This document shows positions 22,901 through 31,875 of a stretch of 64,000 nt of DNA, in pieces; the stretch's first letter is position 1, and each line of letters begins with the position of its first letter. The stretch covers positions 1,054,001 to 1,118,000 of the forward strand of contig OZ251243.1 in the NCBI GenBank assembly GCA_965240325.2. The letters run 5' to 3'. The stretch is from Rebecca billardiae RCC1528 (taxonomy: Eukaryota > Protista > Haptophyta). Made by a program: the position numbers and the translations under genes. The notes under the pieces are model-generated. The model did no database searches and was not told the origin of the DNA. It was given only the letters and a program-made list of their open reading frames with translations.

Positions 22901-24003
22901 AGAGCGCCCACTCCGCGCCGGCGGCGACGACGAGCGCGGAGAGCATGCTCATCAGCACGGCGATGTGCAGCACGGTCGACAGCGTGGTCGAGCCCAGCGC
23001 CGACTTGGCGGGCGTCTCCGCACCGAGCAGCTGGAAGTCGAACAGCTCATAGGAGGGGCCTAGCCCCAGCCTCGACCAGAACGCGCCGCCGCGCTCCTCC
23101 GAGCCCACCAAGAGCACCTGTCCGCGCGCGCGGCGCGTGTCCTTGCCGTCGGACTTGATCGCGCGGGAGAGGCCGGCGTGCACGGCCGCGAGCCGCGCGT
23201 CGTGGTCCGAGTACACCACCTCTGTGCACGCAGAGTCCGCGTCGAGCTGGTCCGCCAGCATGTACACGGCCGAGCACGCGGCGCGCACCACCTCGCCGCG
23301 CGTCAGGTTCTCATCGCAGTCCGCGTTGTGGAAGCGCACGCGGTAGCGCAGCAGCGTGGGCACGAGGGTGCCTGCGGCACGGCGCGGCGCAGGGTTAGGG
23401 TTCGGGTGAGGGCCGCAGGGGCACGCGCAGAGCGGGCGGGGATCAGTCAGCAGGCGCGCATGCATGCGGCACCGCGCATGCATGCGGCACCGCGCATGCA
23501 TGCGCGCGTGTGCGCGCGTGGCATCCGCCCGGTGGACTCGCCGCCTCCGCGCCCGCCGCGGCATGGCCGCAGCACGGCGCCGCGCCACGCGACGGATCGC
23601 CGCCGCGCGCCGCGCCGCGCCCGAGCGCGCGCGCACCCAGCGAGAGGTGCGCCAACGTCGCGGGGTCGAGGATGTGGAAGACAGGCGCCGTGGCGTACAC
23701 CCACAGCGAGCGCGGTACGCCTGGCGCGGCGGGCACGTCAAAGACGATGTACGCGTGCTCCGTCGAGCCAAGGTCGCCGTACCTCGGCCCCACCTCCTTC
23801 TGCAGCGCCATCGCGTCCGCGTGCAGCATCCGGATGCCGCCATACTTGTTGGCGGGCGAGTACCAGTGCGCGGACTCGGCCGGCCAGAGCGGCGGCCACG
23901 CCGTCGACGCGCCGCGCCCGGAGGCGGCGCGCTCCCACGTGGAGTTGCGCGCGCGGAGGGAGATGTGCACCTGCCCGCCCGTCGCGTCGACCGCGGTCCA
24001 CGT

Positions 24004-24034
<31 letters not shown>

Positions 24035-25635
24035 GGCACGGGGCACACGTGCGAGCGAGAGGGCTTGCACGCGGCGGGCGACGGCGCGGCGGCCGCGCCG
24101 ACGGCGCCGCGCGAGTGACGGTCACGCGCCGCGGGCGACGCGCCGCCGTCGGGGCCGTCGAGCTCGGCGGGCGGCGGCTGCGTCACCGTCAGCCGCTGCC
24201 GGCACTGCGGCACGAACCCCGTGTAGTTGTACGCCATCACCTGCCCGAGGAATGCCGAGTTTGAGAGTACGCCCGCGCGGCCTCCGAACGACGCGTCGGT
24301 TGAGCCGGTGGTAGTCGGGAAGAGCTTCCACGCGACCGGGTCGCAGTAGGTGCCGTACGGGCAGGAGGTGGCGCCGCAGCAGTACGGGATGGCGAGCAGC
24401 GCGGAGAGGAACTCCGAGCGGTCGACGAACCGGTCCCCGTTCGGGTCGAAGAACGCGCTCGCCCCCTCCAGATAGAACTGGCTACGGCACAACTGCCAAG
24501 GGTCGGCGGACGGCGCGATATACGGGTCGACCACGGCAGGCGGCGGCGGCGGGCGCGGCTCCGGGGCGCTCCCCGGCGGCGCGGGCGGGCGCGCGGCCGG
24601 CGGCGAGGGCGGCGGCAGCGGCACGCTCGGGATCTCCGCCGCGACGCACAGGTAGTTCATCGGCTGCCGGATGTTGAGGAGAAGCTCGGCGCCGCCGATC
24701 GCGCTCGGCGCGAGCGAGTCCGGCAGCACGGCGTCGATGGCGATCGTCCCGCCGGAGGAGCGCACGTCGACGTCGGCGGCGCCGTCGATGTCGCACTGGT
24801 CGCAGCGCAGCGAGCCGCCCGCGAGCGTGACGTACAGCGCCTTCCGGATCGTCACCGCGCGCAGCGCCGCGTCGAGCGTCGGGCCCGTCGGTGCCCAGTA
24901 CTGCCCGCCCGGCCCGCGCACGCGCAGCGTGCCGAGCGTCACGTTGGTCACGCGCAGCTGCACCCACGGGTTGGGGTCGTTGGAGAGCTGGTTCACGTGC
25001 AGCTCGAACGGCACGACGCCCTCGGGCACGCGCACCGCGAGCAGGCACGACTCGCTGCACTGCATGAACGGCTGCTTGCGGCAGTCGGCCGTCGAGCTCG
25101 CGCGCGCGTAGTGCACGAGGTTGTGCTCGTTGAACGACCAGCTGACGCGCGTGGTGGAGATGATGCCGCGGAGCTGTAGCTGCGGCGGCTCGTCCGCGCC
25201 GACGCTGAGCACGCGCACGTCGCACCCGTACACGTCGAGCACGAGCGCGCGGCGCGGGTCAAAGTCCTTCTCGATCTGAATCACCTTGAGCGGCAGGTGC
25301 ACGAGCCACAGCACCGCGCCGAGCGAGCAAACGGCGAGCAGCCACCACACGAGGCGCGCGCACCGTCGGTGCCGCAGCGCGCGCTCGGAGAGCCCGTACA
25401 CCCGGGGCACGCGCGCCGCCGGCACCGGCGTTCCGCCGAGCGCGCTCTTCACGCGCGCGAGGATGGGCTCCGCATTTGCGATGGAGAGCGTCCGCACGAG
25501 CGCGCGCGGCGCCCACGGCTGCTGCTGGCCGCGGTGGGCGCCCTCGTCCTGCAGCTCGGAGTAGCCGACGACCGGCGGCGCCGCGAGGCCCCACGAGCTC
25601 GGCCCGGCCTTCTCGACGTCGCGCCGCCGATCCAT
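19988..25635 (-). CDS. ~1,720-aa multi-pass membrane protein with EF-hand loops and two winged-helix-like repeats; function unknown, 3 exons
   Basis: Exons 25635-23637, 23371-21141, 20929-19988 (GT..AG, 5172 nt, in frame). N-terminal TM (LVWWLLAVCSLGAVLWLV), Cys-containing region, EF loops DPNGDRFVDRSEF and DVSGDGRIDQREF, several further TM helices. Confidence 0.8.
23390..23503. repeat. Intronic telomere-like hexamers plus 20-bp tandem repeat
   Basis: cagggttagggttcgggtgaggg at ~23390-23412; gcgcatgcatgcggcacc.. repeated about 2.5 times at ~23456-23503. Confidence 0.7.
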
Positions 25636-25826
25636 CGCGATGGCCGTGTTGCCGTGCTCGCCTGCCACTGGCCGTCGGTCCGCGACCAACTTTGGCACGT
25701 CTTTGCCCTTTCAAAGGTCTTGAATGGATAGATCTTGACAAGACAGTCTTGACTCGGCTTTGCCCGTGCGCTTCCGGTCGGCCACGATGGAGTTCGAGTG
25801 ACGGACGGAGGGGGCACAGCCCAGTC

Positions 25827-26834
25827 ATGATAGCTGCCGCGCTCTGCATCGCCGTGGTTGCGAGCCGCTTGCGGGCCGTGCCGCACGCCGCGTCGCCCGG
25901 CATCGCGGCCTCTGCCGTGCGGAGCTGGCGCGACGAGCTCGTGCGCGCCGCTCTCGCCTCGCCACCCGCCGCTGCGCTCGACCTCGCCGACGCCGAATCC
26001 CGCGGATCGTTCGAAGCGTGCGTCGCCTTCCTCGCGCGGCGCATGCCCGTGTCGGACCGCGTGGCGATCGACCCGCCCCGGCTGGCGCGCGAGTGCGGCG
26101 TCGCGCTCGCCACACGCCACCGCCTCGCCTACGCCCGCGCCGTGCCGCAGCCGCTCTTCCACGAGTACGTTGTGCCGTACGCGTCGTTCGACGAGCCGCG
26201 AGACGAGTGGCGGCCGCTGCTCACGGAGCTGCTCGCGCCGCTCGTCGCCGACGCGAGCACGCTGGTCGAGGCGGCGCAGCGGGTCAACGCGCGCCTGTGG
26301 CACCAGTGGGACCCGCCCATCCGCTTCGTCGCCGAGCAGACGCGCGTCGGCCACCCCGGCCAGCTCAGCCCGTTTGCGGTGATCCGCGCGCGCAACGCGA
26401 GCTGCACCGGACTCTCGATCCTCCTCGTCGACGCGCTGCGCGCCGTGGGCGTGCCGGCGCGCGTGGCGGGCACGCCGGTGTGGAACAAGCCGGGCTGCTC
26501 GCACGCCGCGCTGGCGGACGACGCGTGCGGCAACCACAACTGGGTCGAGGTGTGGACGGGCGAGCGCGGCGGCGCCGTCCGCTCCGACGGCTGGCACTTC
26601 ATCGGCGCCGCCGAGCCGGCCGAGCTCGACCACGCGTGGTTCTACCCCGAGCCGGCGGGGCTGCAGCGCCCGGGCGGGCTGAACGTGTCGATCTACGCGG
26701 CGCGCTTCGGGCCGCCCGGCCCTGGCGACGCCGCACGCCACCACTTCCCGATGGTCTGGAGCTGGGCGGACCACACGGTCGGCGCGGACGACGTCACCAG
26801 TGCGTATCTCGGCAATCTCGCCGCTGCTGAGTGA
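25827..26834 (+). CDS. Secreted transglutaminase-like (Cys-His) domain protein of bacterial type
   Basis: ATG 25827 with signal-like MIAAALCIAVVAS. FHEYVVPYASFDEPRDEWRP, ASCTGLSILLVDALRAVGVPARVAGTPVW, GNHNWVEVW, WHFIGAAE. No introns. Confidence 0.88.
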   Translation: MIAAALCIAVVASRLRAVPHAASPGIAASAVRSWRDELVRAALASPPAAALDLADAESRGSFEACVAFLARRMPVSDRVAIDPPRLARECGVALATRHRLAYARAVPQPLFHEYVVPYASFDEPRDEWRPLLTELLAPLVADASTLVEAAQRVNARLWHQWDPPIRFVAEQTRVGHPGQLSPFAVIRARNASCTGLSILLVDALRAVGVPARVAGTPVWNKPGCSHAALADDACGNHNWVEVWTGERGGAVRSDGWHFIGAAEPAELDHAWFYPEPAGLQRPGGLNVSIYAARFGPPGPGDAARHHFPMVWSWADHTVGADDVTSAYLGNLAAAE

Positions 26835-27580
26835 GGTGTAGTCTGAGGCAGAGGTTGTGTCGTCCTGACGGAAGCCGCCTTTGGCGGCGGCCGCGAAGGC
26901 GTGCTGCGTCACGTCGAGGCGATCGACGTCGCACCTATGCAGGCGCCGCTCGGACCAGCCGCTGCGTGCTGACGATGATGAGGCGGTCTGATGATCCCGG
27001 TGGCTACAGGCTATAAGCTGCTGCTAACTAATTGTCGTAGTAAGTTCATTAAGTACGTCACCTAGTCACTACGTCTACGTGCTGTACGTACTTCATATTC
27101 GGCCTGCTACTGCGCGCCCAGCAGGATTTGCAGCAGCAGCCGGGCGCGGACTCGCCCCGCCGGCCCGCCGCGCGGGCCGCGCGCCCCGCCGGCCGCCGTG
27201 GCGGCGCGGCAGGCTCATCCACGCTGCTGCGCAAATCCGCCCTGCTGCTGCACCGCGGGCCATAGTAATCTGCTGGCGCTATAGTTTCGTCGAGCATACT
27301 ACTGTCGTCCGCCTGTCGTCATCACGATCGATTCACGAATGAATAATATCGATCGCGCGCCATCGGCGGGCCGGCGGCCCGCATCCCGCGGTTGCCACTT
27401 GCCGGTTGGGCGCCGAGTAATGTGGCGTTGCACACTTGCAGGACGCAGGGCGGGTGCGAGGTGAAGCCTTAGCGCACGGTCCTGACGGCCTGACTGCAGA
27501 CGGGTGTCGACTGTTGATCGAGATTCGAGTGTCCGGCGGAGCGGGAGACGGACGACTTGGTGGGCTGAGTCGACCTCCGA

Positions 27581-29187
27581 TCAGTTCGACGCCGCCGACT
27601 TGTCGTCATCACCGTCGTCCTCCTCGTCCTCGTCCTCGTCATCATAATCGTCGTCCTCATCCTCGTCGTCCTCTTCTTCGTCGTCGTCGTCCTCCTCCTC
27701 GTCGTCGTCCCATTCGAACGCGTGGCCAGGGAGTGCGCCAAGCCACTCCTCAATCTCGCCGACGCCACCGGCCGTGTAGACGTGCGGCCGGGAGCGCACG
27801 TACGCGCGGTCGTCGTCGACGAAGCCGTCGAACCAGTTGATGCGGCTCTCGTTGATCCCCGCCGAGCCGCACACCATGTGCGGCGCCGCCACCGCGCGCA
27901 CGTGGTCCTCGTCGCCGAACGGGCCGAACACTCCCCGCGCGCCCGCCTCTGGGTCGCGCTTGGCGCAGCGCGTGTCGGACTTCCTCCCGTGCTGGTTGGG
28001 GCGCATGCACAGCTCCGGCTCCATGTGGTGGCTCGTGGAGCAGCGGACCCACATCGGGCCGCGGTGGCACGGCTCGATGCCCTGGCGCCGCAGGTTGCTG
28101 CACAGCCGGTGGCCGACGGAGGACCGGTTGCACAGCTGCGGCCCCCACCAGCCGCGCGCGCGTCGGAACGCGAGTGGCGGCGCGCGGCGCGCGGGCGCGC
28201 GGCGCGCGGCGGCGTGCGGCGCACTCAGGATGGCCGACATGGGCGCGTCGAGGCGCGCGCGCCTCGGCCCGGCGTCGCGCGCGCGCGCGCGCACGCGCCG
28301 CACCTTGATGTCTCCCGCCTCGAGCGCGTCGGGGCCGCACGAGAGCGCGTGGTGCACCGTCTTGTTGCTGTTGAGAGGCTCGGCGTAGCCCCACAGAAAC
28401 TCGTCCTTGTGCACCTGCAGGCCGGCGTACCCAGTCGCCCGGCAGATGAACTCGGCGGTCTCAAGCTCGTTGGTGTACTGCAGCTCGCCGTCGTCGCCGC
28501 GCCACGCGGGCGTGATGTACTCCCACGCGTGCCGGTGCCCGTTCCACATCTGCGCGCGGCCGATCAGGAACGAGTCGAGGCGGAGGTCCTTGCCGTGGCG
28601 CCTGTCTGCGCACCACGCGCTCTGGTCGACGCACTCGTGCGACTCGGACGCGTAGTCGACGGGGTCGCGCACGCCGTCGGTGAGGTTGCACTGCATGAAG
28701 CTCCGCAGGAAGTTCTTCACCGTGCCGCCGTGCCCTGACACGATGCCCGGCACGGGCCTGGGCGCACGGAGCGCGCGGGTCGCGGCGCCGCGCGTGAGCG
28801 TACGTGCAGGCGGGCCGCCTCGCGGTCGGCTGCGGCTGCGCGGGACGGGGAGCCCGCGCGGGCGCGGGGCGCGCCGCGCGCGCACTTGCACAAGCAGTGC
28901 TGGTCCAGGAGGTGCTGCATCGCGTGGCAGCACGCGCCGCCGCGCGAGCTCTTCTTGCAAGGCATCAGTGCGATAAAGGTTTTGAGCGAGCAGTCGCCAT
29001 GGAGAGAGGTCCACTTCTCGAGCGGCGGCGGCACGTCTGTGCCGACGAGGGCCGAGTCGACGTGGAGGGCCTCCACGCGGAGCACCCACACGCATACGCA
29101 ACCAACGACCACCGACGCGCACGCCGCCACGGCGAGCAGCGCCCCGCGCCAGCGTCGGGTGCCGTCGTCGCTCGAGCGCCGGTCCAT
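27581..29187 (-). CDS. Type II membrane protein: 8-Cys (LTP/prolamin-like) motif + SRCR-like domain + acidic tail, 3 exons
   Basis: Exons 29187-28886, 28757-28304, 28135-27581. TM ALLAVAACASVVVGCVCVWVL; C..C..CC..CLC..C..C; LRL..GRAQMW..AW..TAEFICRATGY..LSC..C..WVRC; D/E-rich C-terminus. Confidence 0.7.
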
Positions 29188-29727
29188 CCTTCCTGTTACC
29201 CAGCTTGTGCGCAGCCGTGCTGCGCAGGGCAAGCTGCGCGACTGCGCGTTCTCGATCGGGATTTCGAATTGCGCTCGGGATCCCACCGGCGGCGGCGCGC
29301 CCGCCCGGTGGCGAGCGGCGACCAACCGCCAACAACTTTTCTTATTCTTATGCGCGCGAATTTTTCTGAGCCGACGGAATTCCGTGGCGTCGCGAGCGCA
29401 GTTATTTTTCCGCTGCTCATCAAGCAAATAAGGAAATAAGCAGGCGGAATCAAGGCGGCAAGCATTGGATGCACATCGTGAGACGAAAGCCGCTGTTCCA
29501 ACGAGGCTTTAGAACTGGGTGGCCGCGTCGACGGTGCGCCAGGTGCCCATTGACCACCGGGCGCCATGCCGCGAGTGGACGTGCAGCCTGAGCGGCCGTC
29601 GCAGCGTCGTCCACCTGTGCCGTGCCCGCAGCGGCCTAAAGAACTGCTGCGCCGCCAGTGTCGTGCGCCAGCTATTCAGTAGATGGTCGCGGGCCGCTCG
29701 GACGCACTCTTGCGATCAGCACGTGCG

Positions 29728-30240
29728 TCATTCCCAGCTCACCTGCTTGTCGAGCTCAGCTGCTGCAGCACCGACAGGTGTGCTCGCCTGCGAGGGTGTC
29801 GCGGGCGCATCGCCAGGCTGGCTGCTCGCTGCCCTGCCCTGCAGCGCGGGCATGGCACTCATCGGCCGGGAGCTCAGCAGCGTGCTCGCCTGGATGGTGG
29901 ACTCGTAGGGCGTGCGCGGGCGGTAGTGGTCGCGCTGTGACGTCGTGTGGAGGAGATAGCCAAACGGCAGCCCCTTGTCCGAGGACTTCAAGTGCCGCGT
30001 GCTGTATCCCGCGATGATGTTGGGGCGAGACTGAGGATACTGCCACGCGCCCGGCGAATCGAACCGCGTCTTGTACGGCGTGGCGGAGACACGGTTGGAG
30101 GCGCGCGCGACGGGCGACAGGTAGTAGTCGACCCGATCCTGGTATGCCGGCAGCGCGCTATGCCTTCTGTCGATCGCGTCCTGCTTCGTGCAGTACTCAA
30201 TCCAGAAGTGCGACTCGACTGCGCCGCGCAAGTTCTTCAT
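29728..30240 (-). CDS. Small unknown protein (Tyr/Pro/Ser/Arg-rich)
   Basis: MKNLRGAVESHFWIEYCTKQDAIDRRH..LLHTTSQRDHYRP. Non-GC-biased composition; divergent from the RING gene. Start and 3' end uncertain (may be spliced). Confidence 0.55.
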   Translation of the reverse strand: MKNLRGAVESHFWIEYCTKQDAIDRRHSALPAYQDRVDYYLSPVARASNRVSATPYKTRFDSPGAWQYPQSRPNIIAGYSTRHLKSSDKGLPFGYLLHTTSQRDHYRPRTPYESTIQASTLLSSRPMSAMPALQGRAASSQPGDAPATPSQASTPVGAAAAELDKQVSWE

Positions 30241-30503
30241 CGTTTCGCCCACGTCCGGGGTTCCAACCTGGCGGCTCTGTATCTCCCTGGCGAGCAGTGG
30301 GGAGCCGTGGCGAAGGCGACCTCATCACACGTCACGGCAACCCTGCCCACTCATGAACAGGACTCCGCAACTCCGGACAGGCAGGGGCGGGAATTCACGG
30401 AGGGGGACCGGTCCGCCTCGGTCGAGCGAGTCGCCTCTTCACAGCCTCGCCCGGCACAGCCCGAACCTCCCCCGCACACCGCACGGCGCACGCCCACATC
30501 ACG

Positions 30504-31454
30504 ATGTCGCACCGCTCCGCGCTCCTGGACGAGATCCGCCTCTCCGCGCACGCCCGTCGGCTTGCTCTCAACCCCGAGATTGCCCCCATCGGCGACGATG
30601 TGCAGGACGCGCCGCCCGCCGGGGGCGCCACCGAGCTCGGCTCGCTTCGCGCGTCCGGCCTCGTCTCCGCGCCTGCCCGGCTCGCGTTCCGCGATCGGCT
30701 GACGCGCGCGCTCCAGGTCCGACTGGGCGGGGGCACTGACGAGCCGATGGCTGAGCCTGAGCCGCCTTCGCCCGACTCTCGCGCCGGCGCCCTCGCCGAC
30801 GACCTCGACTCGCTCGTCGAGAACGCAGTGGTGCAGCACCTGCTGGAGAGCGAGTTCCGATCGCAGCTCGAGGACGTGGTGAGCCGGCGCGCGTCGGAGG
30901 CGATGGGTCGGCTTGGCCGGCGTCGTGATGCCCTGCCTACCCGCCCTCCGCCACCGCCGCCGCCGCCGGTCACGGCCGCGATGCGCGCGCGCGCCGCTGG
31001 CGCTGTCACCGGGCGCACCGCGCCGCGCGCCGAGTCCTCGGCGGAGCTCGAGCAGATCGCACGCCGGATGGAGCGGCTCGAGCGCATGGTCGCCGCGTCG
31101 TTCGAGCTCCAGCTCGAGGTGCAGCGCATCGTCAAGCAGGAGGTCGCCGCCGCGCTGGCGTTCAGCGACGCGCGCACGGGCCAAGAGCTTCAGGAGGACA
31201 GCAAGGCTGGGACGGCCGCGCGCGCGCGCGCGGGGCCGCCGCGCGCCCCGGACTCCAACCCGCGCTTGGGCGCGTGCATCATCTGCCTCGACCATGCCGC
31301 CGACTGCGCCTTCCAGAGCTGCGGCCACATGTGCTACTGCATGCAGTGCGCGTATGTCTCGCACGAGCGCGGCGAGCGCAACTGCCCGGTGTGCCGCGCG
31401 CCGGTGCGCGACCGGCTGCGCTGCTTCCCGCAGGGCACGGAGCTCACGGGCTAG
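30504..31454 (+). CDS. C-terminal RING-HC (C3HC4) E3 ligase, plant PIR/neuralized-like
   Basis: LLESEFRSQLE, coiled coil FELQLEVQRIVKQEVAAAL, CIICLD..SCGHMCYCMQCA..CPVCRAPV. Confidence 0.9.
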   Translation: MSHRSALLDEIRLSAHARRLALNPEIAPIGDDVQDAPPAGGATELGSLRASGLVSAPARLAFRDRLTRALQVRLGGGTDEPMAEPEPPSPDSRAGALADDLDSLVENAVVQHLLESEFRSQLEDVVSRRASEAMGRLGRRRDALPTRPPPPPPPPVTAAMRARAAGAVTGRTAPRAESSAELEQIARRMERLERMVAASFELQLEVQRIVKQEVAAALAFSDARTGQELQEDSKAGTAARARAGPPRAPDSNPRLGACIICLDHAADCAFQSCGHMCYCMQCAYVSHERGERNCPVCRAPVRDRLRCFPQGTELTG

Positions 31455-31875
31455 GCAGTGCACGTCACACACGCGACGGGCGTTGGGGAGCAGCGCGCGG
31501 CGTTAGCACTCCCGAGGCGGCAGTCGGGGTCCAGCGCGTGCTTTGGTTTGTCCGGCCGGCGGCGCGGCGGTGCGCATCGCCCAAGCCGCCGTTGCCGCTG
31601 CCGCGTGCGCGTTTATCTTTTCTGCGTCGAAAGAAATCTATCGGAAAAATTCCGGACCCACCGTGCCGGTTCACACGGATGTTCAATGTTTCATTGGCTG
31701 ATGACGCTTTGTGGAGATCTGCTGATTGGCGGATAGTCGTCGCCAAAAGGCCGTTTTCGTCGGCGAGCCGGCCGCCGAATCAGACGAAACACAGTACCGC
31801 GCGACCGTCCAGTCGAACTTCCACCTCCGCCCGCTCCCACGCGTCGCTCGCTGCGCCGCCTGGGCCACACCTCCG

